Shown here piece by piece: positions 22,575 through 33,271 of a stretch of 64,000 nt of DNA. The first letter of the stretch is position 1; each line of letters opens with the position of its first letter. This stretch comes from Dehalococcoidia bacterium (lineage in GTDB: Bacteria > Chloroflexota > Dehalococcoidia > UBA2979). Location of the stretch: positions 1,312,001 through 1,376,000 of the forward strand of contig OZ253555.1 of NCBI GenBank assembly GCA_965262725.1, written 5' to 3'. The position numbers were made by a program, and so were the translations under genes. The notes below the pieces were generated by a model. The model worked only from the letters and a program-made list of their open reading frames with translations, did no database searches and was not told the DNA's origin.

Positions 22575-24186
22575 CCGCCCCCTCGAAGAAGAAGGCATGC
22601 ACGCCACGGAAGCGGCTCGCCGGTCGGAAGAGCAGCCCCGTATCGACTCCCCGGAGCGAGGCCGGGACGAGGTACGTACGCGCGGGGTACAGCAGGACCA
22701 CGCTGGCCGCCCGCTCCACGAACCGCTCCGTGAACGCGGCGTAGAGGGCGCGCCGCTCCGTGACGTCGAGGGTTCGTCGGGCGGCCTCCAGCATCCGGTC
22801 GGATTCGGGGTCTTGGTAGGAGGCGACGTTGCGCCCCGGCGGCGGAATCTGCGACGTGTGCCAGCCGCTATAGGGATCCGGGTCGACACCGGCCTCCCAG
22901 CCGAAGAGCGCGACGTCGTAGTCGTGGAGGCCGAGGCGGGCACCGACGAGCTCGACGGCCGGTAGCGGTTCCACGGTCACCACCAGCCCCTTCGCGCGCA
23001 GCTGCTCCGCGAGGAGTTCGGCGAGGGCTACCCGGTCCGGCTCCGCGTTCGTGACCAGCGAGAGCGCTAGGACACGGTCGCCCGCAGCGAGCTCGCCCTC
23101 GTCATTTGGGAGCCACCCCGCCTTGGCGAAGCGCTCGACCGCCTGGGCGGGGCCCGGCGCGGATACCGGTGAGTGCGCCCACGAGAGGGGGACGATCGGC
23201 GCCGCCCCCGTCGTCCCGCCGGGATCGACCGCGAGCAGGGCCTCGCGGTCGATCGACGCGGCGATGGCGCCGCGCGTGCCCGCATCGTCCAGGGGAGGAC
23301 GCGCGTTGTTGAAGTAGAGCACAGTGAAGCCGTTCCGCAGCAGGTCGACGGCTCGCAAGTCCGGGCGCCGTTCGAGAACGGCAGCCGCCTGGAGGTGGCG
23401 TCCCTCCTCCATCAACGCGGCGTCAATCTCGCCGAGGGCGAGAGCCTCCTCGAGCCCGGCCGCGTGCGGGAAGAAGCGCAGTTCGATTTCGTCGATCGTC
23501 GGTGAGCCGAGATGGTAGCTGGGGTTGCGTTCGAGGAGGGCGCGCTCCGGGGAGAGCTCCACCAGCCGGTAGGGGCCGCTTCCCACCGGCGCCCGGTGGA
23601 AGGGTGACTCCAGGAGATCGAGGACGGAGAGGCCCGAGAGGAGGTGTTCGGGCAGCACCCCGAGCTCGGTCTGCGCGAGGAAGTCGGCGCGCGCCTCCGG
23701 CAGCCGGAAGATCACCGTGAGTCCGTCCGGCGTCTGCACCTCGACGCCTGCCCACCGCAGAGCGAGCGTCACCGCACCCTGGAAGCCCGACTGCTGGACG
23801 CGGCTGACGGTGAAGGCCACGTCGGAGGACTCGACGCGGTGTCCGTCGTGCCAGTAGAGGTCGTCACGCAAGCGGAAGCTGTACGTGCGACCGTCCGGCG
23901 TCACCTCCCAGGCCTCGGCCAAATCGGGGCGCGGTGTGCCGTCGCCCGCGATCCGCACGAGCCCGGAGAAGAGGAGAGACGCGAGATCCGCGTCCGGCGC
24001 GTGTCCGCGGGCGAACAACGGGCTCGGGCGCCGCGGAGCACCCACCACCCCCTCGACATAACGGATGCGCAAAGAGCGCTCCGGTGCGTCCGTCAGGCCG
24101 TACCACCCGACGACGAGAGCGGCGATCCCGCCGGCGAGCATCGCCGGCAGCAGCAGCCGGGAACGCCTCAGGTCGAGGAACGTCAC
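22543..24186 (-). CDS. ABC transporter substrate-binding protein, family 5 (peptide/nickel)
   Basis: LFSGLVR, PDLAEAW, WHDG and PVGSGPY motifs; N-terminal TM anchor. Confidence 0.9.
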   Translation of the reverse strand: MTFLDLRRSRLLLPAMLAGGIAALVVGWYGLTDAPERSLRIRYVEGVVGAPRRPSPLFARGHAPDADLASLLFSGLVRIAGDGTPRPDLAEAWEVTPDGRTYSFRLRDDLYWHDGHRVESSDVAFTVSRVQQSGFQGAVTLALRWAGVEVQTPDGLTVIFRLPEARADFLAQTELGVLPEHLLSGLSVLDLLESPFHRAPVGSGPYRLVELSPERALLERNPSYHLGSPTIDEIELRFFPHAAGLEEALALGEIDAALMEEGRHLQAAAVLERRPDLRAVDLLRNGFTVLYFNNARPPLDDAGTRGAIAASIDREALLAVDPGGTTGAAPIVPLSWAHSPVSAPGPAQAVERFAKAGWLPNDEGELAAGDRVLALSLVTNAEPDRVALAELLAEQLRAKGLVVTVEPLPAVELVGARLGLHDYDVALFGWEAGVDPDPYSGWHTSQIPPPGRNVASYQDPESDRMLEAARRTLDVTERRALYAAFTERFVERAASVVLLYPARTYLVPASLRGVDTGLLFRPASRFRGVHAFFFEGAGVASPAGAPR

Positions 24187-24205
24187 CGGCGCTGCTCCCC
24201 GGCGG

Positions 24206-24430
24206 CTACGACGCGACGACGCTCCATGCGGAGAAGGCGAGGAAGACCACGACGACTGCGATCGTCAGGCGATGCATTGAGCGCTGCAGACCGCGCCGGG
24301 CGCGGAAACCCGAGTCGACGCCCCCGAGCCCGGCCCCGAAGCCGGTGCCCCGCACCTGCATCAGCACCAGCACCGTGAGCAGCACCGAGATGAGGATCTG
24401 GGCGATGGCGATAAAGTCCCGTAGCTCCAT
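24206..24430 (-). CDS. secG: Preprotein translocase subunit SecG
   Basis: Two TM helices with VLMQ..G.G.GAGLGG loop and RARRG. Confidence 0.88.
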   Translation of the reverse strand: MELRDFIAIAQILISVLLTVLVLMQVRGTGFGAGLGGVDSGFRARRGLQRSMHRLTIAVVVVFLAFSAWSVVAS

Positions 24431-24441
24431 GGCTATCGAGG

Positions 24442-25776
24442 CTACGCCGGGGCATCGGGGCCGGCAACCTTCGCCACGACGCGGGCCTCCCGTCTGAGAT
24501 CGCGCTCCATGTAGCTGCGCATGACGGCGGCGGCGAGGCGCTCCGCGTCGTGGCGGTAGCGGTGCTCGTAGTCCACCAGATCGGCGAGCTCGAGGCGCGC
24601 TGTGCCGAAGTCGGTGTCGCCGCTCACCGTCACCGCCTTCGAGTGCCAGTTATTCGGGAGCGGCTGCCCGGGGAGGTTGTTGTTCGCGAGCACGACATCG
24701 GCCACCGCGTCCCGGTCGAGGTGGCGGCGTATCGCGTTGTAGTGGTCGGCGGCGGAGAAGCCATCGGTCTCGCCGTTCTGTGTCGCAACGTTCGCGACGT
24801 AGATGGTGTGGGCGGGGGAGTCCAGCAGCGCGTCACGGATCCCCGGGACGAGCAGGTTCGGCAGCACGGACGTGAAGAGGCTCCCCGGCCCCAGAACGAC
24901 TAAGTCCGCCCCCGCCAGCGCCTCCGTCGCCTCGGGGTAGGCCGGGGCGTCGGCCGGCACGATCTCGACGCGATCGACGGCGATCCCGGTCTCGGGTATG
25001 CGGGACTCTCCTTCGACGACGCTCCCGTCAGAGAGGTGGGCGCGCAGCCGGACGTCGGCCAGCGTCGACGGCAGGATGCGCCCGCGCACTGCGAGCACGC
25101 GCGACGTCTCGCGGATAGCCTCCTCCATCGACCCGGTCACGCCGGACATCGCAGCGATGAAGAGGTTGCCGAAGGAGTGCCCCGCGATGCGCTCCCCCGC
25201 ATCCTCGGCGAAGCGGTACTGGAAGAGGTCGGTGACGAGCGGCTCCGCGTCGGCGAGCGCCACGATGCAGGCGCGGATGTCACCGGGCGGGATGACGCCG
25301 AGATCCTCCCTGAGCAGTCCGCTCGATCCGCCGTCGTCGGCGACCGTGACGATCGCAGTGAGGTTCGCCGGATAGGGCTTCAGACCGCGCAGCAGCTGCG
25401 AGAGCCCCGTCCCGCCGCCGATCGCGACGATACGGGGGCCGCGTCCGCGCGTACGCTGCTGATAGATGCGCTCGACCACGCCTCCCTGCCGGTCGGGGGG
25501 GAGCGCGGCCGCCACGATCGAGCGGTTGAGCTCCCAGCCTCCGAACACGGTGAGTCCCGAGGCGAGCGTGATGAAGAGCAGGCCGCGCGCCCAGCGCGGG
25601 ATGTCTTGCAGCGTGATGGTGGCGACCCACGACGGGAACGCGTAAGAGACGTACACCTCACGGAGCAGGTAGGCGATGCCGAGCCCCATCAGCACGACGC
25701 CGAGGAGCATGATCAGAAGCCAGCGCTTGACGTGCAGGCCGACGTAGAGCCACTTCGCGAGATGGGACCGGCTCAC
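24442..25776 (-). CDS. yvcK: YvcK/GlmR (CofD-like) gluconeogenesis factor with N-terminal TM segments
   Basis: IGGGTGLS, VADDGGSSG, GHSFGNL and GPGSLFTS motifs. Confidence 0.9.
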   Translation of the reverse strand: MSRSHLAKWLYVGLHVKRWLLIMLLGVVLMGLGIAYLLREVYVSYAFPSWVATITLQDIPRWARGLLFITLASGLTVFGGWELNRSIVAAALPPDRQGGVVERIYQQRTRGRGPRIVAIGGGTGLSQLLRGLKPYPANLTAIVTVADDGGSSGLLREDLGVIPPGDIRACIVALADAEPLVTDLFQYRFAEDAGERIAGHSFGNLFIAAMSGVTGSMEEAIRETSRVLAVRGRILPSTLADVRLRAHLSDGSVVEGESRIPETGIAVDRVEIVPADAPAYPEATEALAGADLVVLGPGSLFTSVLPNLLVPGIRDALLDSPAHTIYVANVATQNGETDGFSAADHYNAIRRHLDRDAVADVVLANNNLPGQPLPNNWHSKAVTVSGDTDFGTARLELADLVDYEHRYRHDAERLAAAVMRSYMERDLRREARVVAKVAGPDAPA

Positions 25777-25886
25777 ACGGGGCCCCCGTCACTCTCCCCC
25801 GGCTTGATTAGCTCGCGCGACCCGCACCGTCAAACGTGCCGCGCCGTCGGGCGGGCGCGCCGGGACGGCCCGCCGCCGACCACAGG

Positions 25887-27392
25887 CTATCCGTCGAGGT
25901 GGCGGCGCAGTACCTCGGCGGCGTTCTGCGGATCGGCTCGACCCCGTGTCTGGCGCATCAGCTGCCCGACGAGGAAGCCGATCGCAGTCTCCTTGCCCCC
26001 GAGGTAGTCGTCCACGGCCTTTGGCTGGGACTGAATGACGTCGCGCGCGAGCCGATCGATCTCATCTTCATCACGGACCTGGGCGAGCCCGTGGGCCTGC
26101 ACGATCGATTGGGGCAACTCCCCGCTCTCGAAGGCGATATCGAGCACCTGCTTCGCCGTGGCGGAGGTGATCGTTCCCTCGGCCACGAGCCCCGCGAGCT
26201 CCGCGACGTGGCCCGGCGTGAGCTCCGTGTCGCGGAGCTCGGCGTCGGAGGCGAGCGTGTTCAGGAGCCGCGCGACGTCGCCCGTGAACCAGTGCGCGAC
26301 CGTTCGCGCATAGTCGTCGCGGTCGCCGATTCCGGTCAGGCCGGAGGCAAGGTGGACGGTGCGCTCGTAGTCATCGGCGCGTTCCCGGCTCTCCGTGAGG
26401 GTTCGTGCCTCATCGGGGGTCAGGCCGTACTCCTGCTCGAAGCGGAGGCGACGCTGCGCCGGGAGTTCGGCGAGCCCGGCGCGGAGCGCGCGGATCCGCT
26501 CCTCGTCGAGCACGAGCGGCGGCAGGTCGGGCTCGGGGAAGTAGCGGTAGTCGTGCGCCTCCTCCTTCGAGCGCTGCGGGGCGGTCTCCCCGCTGGCCTC
26601 GAGGTAGCCCCGTGTCTCCTGGACGATGCGCTCCCCAGCCTCGAGCGCCGCGCCCTGGCGACGGATCTCGCTCTCGATCGCGCGCCCGACGGCACGGAAC
26701 GAGTTCATGTTCTTCACCTCGACCTTGGTGCCGAGTTCGCTCTCTCCCGACGGCCGCAGCGAGACGTTGGCGTCACAGCGGAAGGAGCCTTTCTCCATGT
26801 CCGCGTCGGAGGCGCCGATGTAGCGCAGGACCTGACGTAACGCTCGAAGGAAGGCGACGGCCTGCTGCGCCGAGTGCATGTCGGGCTTGGTGACGATCTC
26901 CATCAACGGGACGCCGGCACGGTTCACGTCGAGCAGCGAGCGGGCCCCGTGCTCATCGTCGCGGTGCAGCAACCGGGCGGTGTCTTCCTCGAGATGGATA
27001 CGCTCGAGGTGCACTGTGTGCGCCGCGCCATCGACGTCGATGTCGAGTGCGCCGCCCACGCACAACGGCTCGTCGTACTGCGAGATCTGGTAGCCCTTCA
27101 TCAGGTCGGGGTAGGGGTAGTTCTTGCGATCGAACTTCGCCCGGGGCGGGATCGTGCAGCCCAGGGCGAGACCGGTGAGGATGGTGAGCCCTACGGCGCG
27201 CCGGTTGATTACAGGGAGCACGCCCGGCATCCCGAGGCAGACCGGGCAGACGTGGCTGTTGGGCGCGGTGTCCCAGTAGTCCCGGGAGCAGCCGCAGAAC
27301 ATCTTCGAGCGGGTGGCGAGCTGGGCGTGGACCTCAAGCCCGATCACCGGCTCGTAAGCGGCACCGGGGACCGCGGGCCCGATCGTCGTCAC
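25887..27392 (-). CDS. gatB: Asp/Glu-tRNA amidotransferase subunit B
   Basis: IGLEVHAQL, FDRKNY.YPDL.KGYQISQ, RCDANVS and DYRYFPEPDL motifs; GTG start with GGAG RBS. Confidence 0.97.
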   Translation of the reverse strand: MTTIGPAVPGAAYEPVIGLEVHAQLATRSKMFCGCSRDYWDTAPNSHVCPVCLGMPGVLPVINRRAVGLTILTGLALGCTIPPRAKFDRKNYPYPDLMKGYQISQYDEPLCVGGALDIDVDGAAHTVHLERIHLEEDTARLLHRDDEHGARSLLDVNRAGVPLMEIVTKPDMHSAQQAVAFLRALRQVLRYIGASDADMEKGSFRCDANVSLRPSGESELGTKVEVKNMNSFRAVGRAIESEIRRQGAALEAGERIVQETRGYLEASGETAPQRSKEEAHDYRYFPEPDLPPLVLDEERIRALRAGLAELPAQRRLRFEQEYGLTPDEARTLTESRERADDYERTVHLASGLTGIGDRDDYARTVAHWFTGDVARLLNTLASDAELRDTELTPGHVAELAGLVAEGTITSATAKQVLDIAFESGELPQSIVQAHGLAQVRDEDEIDRLARDVIQSQPKAVDDYLGGKETAIGFLVGQLMRQTRGRADPQNAAEVLRRHLDG

Positions 27393-27487
27393 GGGAACAG
27401 ACACTCCACACCGCAGCGCCCGCCGGACGCCGCCGACAAGGCCCTGCGTCGCTCGGGCGGCTGGCAGATCGCCGCCCCCGCCCGCCC

Positions 27488-27646
27488 CTAGCCCTCGCCG
27501 CCGGCGTACTTCTCCGGATTGCCGATAAAGCGGTTGCGGCAGCCCATGTCGTCGAAGTAGATCCACGAGCCCTCGTGGTTCCACTTCTTCTCGAGCTCGG
27601 GGGTGATCGTCTTCCCGCAGACTGGGCAGGTGCGCGCTTCCGTCAT
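27488..27646 (-). CDS. 52-aa YHS/TRASH-like metal-binding microprotein (not in ORF track)
   Basis: Translated by hand: MTEARTCPVCGKTITPELEKKWNHEGSWIYFDDMGCRNRFIGNPEKYAGGEG*; GGAGG RBS. Confidence 0.8.
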   Translation of the reverse strand: MTEARTCPVCGKTITPELEKKWNHEGSWIYFDDMGCRNRFIGNPEKYAGGEG

Positions 27647-27789
27647 AATCTACCCTCCATCGACGGGCCGGCCCCCGCCCTCAGCGGTACCGCGCCCCGG
27701 CTCTCTGCGTGTGACGTTACTACGCGGAGCGGGGCCCCCGCGACTGCCCCGCATCTCACAGGTGCGGCCGGTCGGCCTACACTCGACAT

Positions 27790-29124
27790 ATGACATCCCG
27801 ACGAGAAGGACCGCGCGGCGTTCCGCCGGGGGTGCAGCCGGCGCTCTTTGAGCAGCACGCCCGCGCGTGGGCGGCCCGCGGCGCGCCTCTGGCCGCGCGG
27901 ATGCGGCCTAGAGTCTTCGATGAGTTCGTCGGACAGGAGGCGGTGGTCGGCCCGGGGACGCCGCTTCGGATCATGATCGAGCGCGACGAGGTGTTCTCGC
28001 TGATCCTCTGGGGACCGCCCGGCTCGGGCAAGACGACACTCGCAGCGGTGATGGCGCACCACACGAGCCGCCACTTCGCCGACATCTCGGCGGTCAGCTC
28101 CGGCGTCGCGGATGTGCGCACGGTCGTGGCCGAGGCGCGGGAGCGGCTGCGCATCTCCGGGGTGGGCACGATCCTTTTCATCGACGAGATCCATCGCTTC
28201 AACCGCGCGCAGCAGGACGTGGTGCTGCCACACGTCGAGGACGGGACGGTGGCCCTCGTGGGCGCCACCACGGAGAACCCGTCGTTTCACGTCGTGGCGC
28301 CGCTGCTCTCGCGCGCCCGCGTCTTCCGGCTCGAGCTGCTCGGGTCCTCCGAACTCGAGAGCATTCTCCGGCGCGCGCTCGCCGATGAGGAGCGTGGCCT
28401 AGGGCGGCTCGATGTCGTGATCGACGAGACGACGGTCGACGCCATCGTCGAAATCGCGGGCGGCGACGCCCGCGCGGCTCTAAACGTGCTCGACCTCGCG
28501 GTGGCCGCGGCGGCGGGGGAAGATGGGCGCCGGCTGGTGACGCGGGCTCTGGTGGAGTCCGCGGCGCAACACCGTACGCTGCTCTACGACCGCGCCGGCG
28601 ATGCCCACTACGACACGGTCTCCGCCTTCATTAAGACCGTCCGCGGCTCCGATCCGGATGGGGCGCTCTACTGGCTCGCGCGGATGTTGGAGGCGGGCGA
28701 GGATCCGCTCTTCGTGGTGAGGCGTCTCGTGATCCTCGCAGCAGAGGACGTCGGGCTTGCCGATCCGCGGGCACTGTCGCTCGCGGTTGCCTGCCAGCAG
28801 GCTGTGCACTTCCTCGGGATGCCGGAGGCGGCGCTTCCGCTCGCCGAGGCGACCGTCTACCTGGCCCGCGCTCCGAAGTCGAACTCTGCCTACGCGGCGT
28901 ATCTGCGCGCGGTGGAGGATGCGCGTCGCACGCGTAACGAGGCGGTGCCGCTGCATCTGCGCAACGCCGTCACGGACCTGATGCGCGAGCTCGGCTACGG
29001 GCAGGGCTACCAGTACGCGCACGACTACGAGGGACACCGGCCGACCGATCAGACGCATCGCCCCCCGTCAGTCGAGGGCCGCGTCTACTACGAGCCGGGT
29101 CACCTGGGAGACGAGGCGCGATAG
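27790..29124 (+). CDS. rarA: Replication-associated recombination protein A (RarA/MgsA)
   Basis: PLAARMRP, GPPGSGKT, DEIHRFN, GATTENP, SAFIK..RGSD and VPLHLRN motifs. Confidence 0.95.
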   Translation: MTSRREGPRGVPPGVQPALFEQHARAWAARGAPLAARMRPRVFDEFVGQEAVVGPGTPLRIMIERDEVFSLILWGPPGSGKTTLAAVMAHHTSRHFADISAVSSGVADVRTVVAEARERLRISGVGTILFIDEIHRFNRAQQDVVLPHVEDGTVALVGATTENPSFHVVAPLLSRARVFRLELLGSSELESILRRALADEERGLGRLDVVIDETTVDAIVEIAGGDARAALNVLDLAVAAAAGEDGRRLVTRALVESAAQHRTLLYDRAGDAHYDTVSAFIKTVRGSDPDGALYWLARMLEAGEDPLFVVRRLVILAAEDVGLADPRALSLAVACQQAVHFLGMPEAALPLAEATVYLARAPKSNSAYAAYLRAVEDARRTRNEAVPLHLRNAVTDLMRELGYGQGYQYAHDYEGHRPTDQTHRPPSVEGRVYYEPGHLGDEAR

Positions 29125-29235
29125 GGATGCCACAGGCCTCTCCGCGCCACGCGGGCCGTTGCCCGCGTGTTGCTATCATGCGCAGCGCCCGTCGGTCGCC
29201 CGCGGCCTGGGGGCGGGGCACGAGTGGGGAGTGAG

Positions 29236-30180
29236 ATGGGACTACGCGACCGCACGCCGCCGACCGTCGAGGAGTACCTCGCCGATCGTGAGCGCTTCAA
29301 GAACTGGGGCCGCTGGGGTGAGGACGACGAGCTCGGGACGCTGAACCTCATCACGGAAGAAGTGCGCCGCCATGCCGTCACGCTCGTGAGGGGCGGGCGC
29401 GCTGTCTCCTGCTCCTACCCGGTGGCGACCCGCCCCGGGCCGCGCAACCCGATGCCGGCGCAGCACTTCGTCTCTTTCGGCCCCGCGAACTCCGCCGACT
29501 ACATCGGGCTCTCGTTCCACGGCGTCGTGAACACGCACATCGACGCGCTCTGCCACAACTACACGGGCCCGGGCGGCGAGATGTACAACGGCTGGCCGAG
29601 CTCTCTCGTCACCTCGGCCGGGGCCGCCGCGAACTCCGTCGACCGCATGAGCGATGGCATCGTCACGCGCGGCGTGCTCTACGACATCCCGCGCCTGCGC
29701 GGCACCGACTACGTCTCGCTCGAGTCGCCTATCCACGGCTGGGATCTGGAGGACGCCGCTCGCGCGCAGGGCATCGAGCCGCGTGCCGGTGACGCCGTCC
29801 TGATCCGCGGGAGCATGGAGCGCTTCCTCTCGGCGCATCCGGAGCACGACAGAATGGGCGTTCCGATGCCGGGTGTTCACGCCTCTTGCCTGGAGTTCCT
29901 GCACGAGCACGACGCGGCCCTGCTCGGCTGGGACATGCTCGATGCCTCGGATCAGGGGTACCCGGGCACGATCCCGACGCCCGCCGGGACGCTTGCGAGC
30001 TGGCCCGTCCATTTCGTGGCGCTGCCCTACATGGGGATGCCGCTGCTCGACAACGCCTACCTAGAGCGACTAGCCGAGGCCTGCGCCGAGACGGGGCGCT
30101 ACGAGTTCCTCTTCCTCGCCTCCCCGCTGATCGTGCCGGGGGGAACCGGCTCGCCTGTCAATCCGATCGCCGTGCTCTAG
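29236..30180 (+). CDS. Cyclase family (kynurenine-formamidase-like) metal hydrolase
   Basis: NWGRWG.DDELGTLN, THIDALCH and GGTGSPVNP motifs. Confidence 0.88.
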   Translation: MGLRDRTPPTVEEYLADRERFKNWGRWGEDDELGTLNLITEEVRRHAVTLVRGGRAVSCSYPVATRPGPRNPMPAQHFVSFGPANSADYIGLSFHGVVNTHIDALCHNYTGPGGEMYNGWPSSLVTSAGAAANSVDRMSDGIVTRGVLYDIPRLRGTDYVSLESPIHGWDLEDAARAQGIEPRAGDAVLIRGSMERFLSAHPEHDRMGVPMPGVHASCLEFLHEHDAALLGWDMLDASDQGYPGTIPTPAGTLASWPVHFVALPYMGMPLLDNAYLERLAEACAETGRYEFLFLASPLIVPGGTGSPVNPIAVL

Positions 30181-30257
30181 CGCGTCGCTTCCATCCGGCA
30201 CGCCGTCGTCGTCTCGGTGCCGAGCCCGGAGCCGGGCAGGAGGTGCGCGTGGGCTCC

Positions 30258-30345
30258 TGGTGCCGGGGGTGGGATTCGAACCCACACGCCGCTGGTGCGG
30301 CCGCGGGGTTTAAGCCCGCTGCGTCTGCCGTTTCGCCACCCCGGC
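30258..30345 (-). tRNA. tRNA-Leu(TAA)
   Basis: GCCGGGG acceptor, GCGGG-CTTAAAC-CCCGC anticodon arm, long variable arm, GGTTCGAATCC, ACCA end. Confidence 0.95.
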
Positions 30346-30414
30346 GCCGCACGATTGTAGGGGGGCGCCGCCTGCTCCGCGTCCGGCCCGCCCCGGCGCC
30401 CGGTGTGGCGGCTG

Positions 30415-32808
30415 TTAGCTCCGGGCCCGACGCGGGGAACGCAGGCGGAGGGAGTTCGACATCACCGACACCGAGCTGATCGCCATCGCGCCGGCGGCGG
30501 CGATCGGGTTCAGGAAGCCGCGCTCGCCGAGGATCGGCTGAAGCACGGGCGGCACGTCGTCCCGGCCGAGCAGCCCGAGCCCTAGGTAGCCGATCCCGGC
30601 GGCGACGGGGATCAGTGCCACGTTGTAGGCGAAGGCCCAGCCGAGGTTCTGCCGCATCGTACGGATCGTTGCGCGTGAGAGGCCGATCGCTCCGTCGACG
30701 CCCCCGATGTCGGCGCGCATCAGCGTCACCCCGGCCGTCTCCAGCGCCACATCCGTGCCGGTTCCGATCGCGATACCGACATCGGCTTGGGCGAGGGCCG
30801 GCGCGTCGTTTATGCCGTCGCCGACCATCGCGACGACGCGCCCCTCCGCCTGCAACTCGCGCACGATGCGCGTCTTCCCCTCCGGCTGGACGCGGGCGAT
30901 CACGCGGTCGATCCCCACGCTGCGCGCGACCGCGCGTGCGGCCTCGTGCCGATCGCCCGTGAGCATCACGACATCGACTCCGCGCGCCCGGAGCCGGGCG
31001 ATTCCCGCGCGTGCGGTGGCACGCACGGGATCGGCGACCGTGATGAGGCCGGCCACCTCCCCGTCAACGGCGACGAGGAGCGGCGTCTCGCCGTCGGCGG
31101 TTGCCGCCTCGATGCGGTCGGGGAGCGAGTCGCGGCCGGCCCCGCGGCTCGCGAGTAGCTCCGCCGTGCCCACGAGCAGCAGACGCCCCTCGACCGTGGC
31201 CTCCACGCCGCGTCCGGGGATCGCGGTGAAGTGCTCCGGCCAGGCGAGCGTGAGCCCGCGCCGCTCGGCCTCGCGGAGCACCGCGCCGGCGTAGGGATGC
31301 TCGGATCCGCGCTCCGCCGATGCGACCAGCCGCATGAGATCGTTCTCGCCGATCGGCTGGCCCCCGGTAGCGCCGGGGACGCGCTCAATACCGGTGACCT
31401 TGGGTCGGCCCTCGGTGATCGTTCCCGTCTTGTCGAGCACCACGGTATCGACGTGGTGCGCCCTCTCGAGCGCCTCCGCGCTCCGAATCAGGATGCCGTC
31501 CTGCGCGCCTCGGCCGATGCCGACCATGATCGCCGTCGGGGTCGCGAGCCCGAGCGCGCAGGGGCAGGCGACGATGAGCACCGCGACGGCGTTCAGGATC
31601 GCGAGCGTCGGAGCGGGCTCGGGCCCACCGATGAGCCAGGCGGCGAACGTGATCGCCGCGACGGCGAAGACGGCGGGAACGAAGACGGCGGCGACGCGGT
31701 CGACGAGAGCCTGGATCGGCGCCTTCGAGCCCTGGGCTTCCTCGACGAGCCGGATGATGTGCGCGAGAGCCGAGTCTGCCCCGACCGCCGTTGCACGCAC
31801 CCTCAGCACGCCCGTCGTGTTCAGTGTCGCACCGAAGACGGGGTCGCCGGCCGACTTGGCGAGAGGGAGCGACTCGCCGGTCAGCATCGACTCGTCGACG
31901 GCGGATGAGCCGTCGATCACGTCGCCGTCCACGGGGATCTGCTCGGCGGGGCGCACGATCACAATGTCGCCAGGCTGAACCGCCCGCACGGGGATCTCGT
32001 ACTCGTCCCCGTCCTCCCACACCCGTGCGAGACGCGGCCGCAGGGCGATGAGGCGGCGCACGGCCTCGCCCGTGCGGACCTTCGCCCGCGCCTCGAGCAG
32101 GCGCCCCAGGAGCACGAGCGCGACGATCGCCGCCGCCGTGTCGAAGAAGACCGCGCTCTGGATCCCGGCCGCGCGGAACACGCCCGGCGCGAAGGTGGCG
32201 AGGACCGAGTAGCCGAAGGCGGCGGTGGTGCCGGCCGCGATCAACGTGTTCATGTCGGCGGAGCCGTGCCGTCCCACGCGCCACGCGCCGGTGTAGAACT
32301 GGGCGCCCGCCCAGAGCTGGACGGGGAGTGCCATCGCGAAGAACAGTGGGTGCAGGATTCGAGCCGGGATCTCGTCCAGCCCCGGGAGCCATCGCGTGGC
32401 GGGCATCGCCGCGACGAGCACGGCCGCGGTCGCCACCGCGTACACGGTGCGCCGCCGGAGCAGCGCGTAGTCGGCGGCGCGTTCGCGCTCGAACTCGTCC
32501 CGGTGTCCCTCATCGGCGGCGTCCCCGCCGGCGAGGCGGATCTCGTAGCCGGCGCCGTCCACCGCCTCGCGCAGCGTCCCAACATCCACGCCGCTCGCTG
32601 TGACGGTGGCCTCCTCCGTCGCGAGGTTGACGCTGGCTCTCTCGACGCCCTCGACTGCTGAGAGCGCCCGCTCGACCCGGCGTACGCAGGAGGCGCACGT
32701 CATGCCGCGCACGGCGAGGCGGATCTGCCGCCCGCCGACCGTGTCGACGGCCACCCCGGCCTCGCCCTGCGCCCCGGCACCGGGTGCTGGACCGCTCGTG
32801 GGGGTCAT
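30415..32808 (-). CDS. copA: Cu(I)-translocating P1B-type ATPase
   Basis: GMTCASC HMA domain, TGES, CPC, DKTGT, SEHP, GDGIND, YN and MAISS motifs. Confidence 0.95.
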   Translation of the reverse strand: MTPTSGPAPGAGAQGEAGVAVDTVGGRQIRLAVRGMTCASCVRRVERALSAVEGVERASVNLATEEATVTASGVDVGTLREAVDGAGYEIRLAGGDAADEGHRDEFERERAADYALLRRRTVYAVATAAVLVAAMPATRWLPGLDEIPARILHPLFFAMALPVQLWAGAQFYTGAWRVGRHGSADMNTLIAAGTTAAFGYSVLATFAPGVFRAAGIQSAVFFDTAAAIVALVLLGRLLEARAKVRTGEAVRRLIALRPRLARVWEDGDEYEIPVRAVQPGDIVIVRPAEQIPVDGDVIDGSSAVDESMLTGESLPLAKSAGDPVFGATLNTTGVLRVRATAVGADSALAHIIRLVEEAQGSKAPIQALVDRVAAVFVPAVFAVAAITFAAWLIGGPEPAPTLAILNAVAVLIVACPCALGLATPTAIMVGIGRGAQDGILIRSAEALERAHHVDTVVLDKTGTITEGRPKVTGIERVPGATGGQPIGENDLMRLVASAERGSEHPYAGAVLREAERRGLTLAWPEHFTAIPGRGVEATVEGRLLLVGTAELLASRGAGRDSLPDRIEAATADGETPLLVAVDGEVAGLITVADPVRATARAGIARLRARGVDVVMLTGDRHEAARAVARSVGIDRVIARVQPEGKTRIVRELQAEGRVVAMVGDGINDAPALAQADVGIAIGTGTDVALETAGVTLMRADIGGVDGAIGLSRATIRTMRQNLGWAFAYNVALIPVAAGIGYLGLGLLGRDDVPPVLQPILGERGFLNPIAAAGAMAISSVSVMSNSLRLRSPRRARS

Positions 32809-32839
32809 TCGGTCTCCCTTGCGCACGGCCGCCGCCGCC

Positions 32840-33106
32840 TCAGCGGTGCGCGAGCAGGTAGAGCTCGGTGAGCTCGCTGAGGACGGGTTCGGGCTCGCCG
32901 CCTGTGATCGCGTCGACGACGCAGTGGTGCAGGTGCCCCTCGAGCATCAGCGCCTCCGTCTTCTCCAGCGCGCGGCGGACGGCGTAGCTCTGCTTCAGGA
33001 CATCGACGCAGTAGCTGTCGTTCTCGATCATCCGTCGGATCCCGTCGAGGTGTCCGCGCGCGTAGGCGATGCGGCGGAGAGCATCGGCTCGTGTCTCGGG
33101 GTCCAT
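32840..33106 (-). CDS. csoR: CsoR family copper-sensing repressor
   Basis: YCVDV...HLHHC (Cys-His-Cys ligands); directly upstream of copA. Confidence 0.92.
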   Translation of the reverse strand: MDPETRADALRRIAYARGHLDGIRRMIENDSYCVDVLKQSYAVRRALEKTEALMLEGHLHHCVVDAITGGEPEPVLSELTELYLLAHR

Positions 33107-33140
33107 AGGGGGCTCCCTCCGGCCGTCTGCATTCTCCCCT

Positions 33141-33171
33141 ACTCTACGCGAACCTCCCCCCGGGGGGTAGG
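33141..33171 (-). promoter_or_regulatory. Putative CsoR operator and -10 box
   Basis: C6G6 palindrome at 33156-33167 (minus strand TACCCCCCGGGGGGAGG) just upstream of TAGAGT (33141-33146). Confidence 0.7.
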
Positions 33172-33271
33172 GGTCTGTTCGCCCACTCGTGTGGCGGGCG
33201 GAGCGTGCTGCTACGATGCCCGCCCGCCCCCGGCCGCGCGGGACGCGGGCGGGCTGAGTGGAGGCCGAGCC

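Noticed and set aside
30258-30345. tRNA-Leu(UAA) as a bldA-like conditional regulator (paralogue C has TTA at 55822 where D has CTG)
   Set aside because: In-frame TTA codons also occur in the housekeeping genes gatB (26838-26840) and yvcK (24901-24903), so the tRNA is probably needed constitutively.
18884-30345. Genomic island between the two tRNAs
   Set aside because: The interval holds core genes (secG, yvcK, gatB, rarA), with no integrase or direct repeats.
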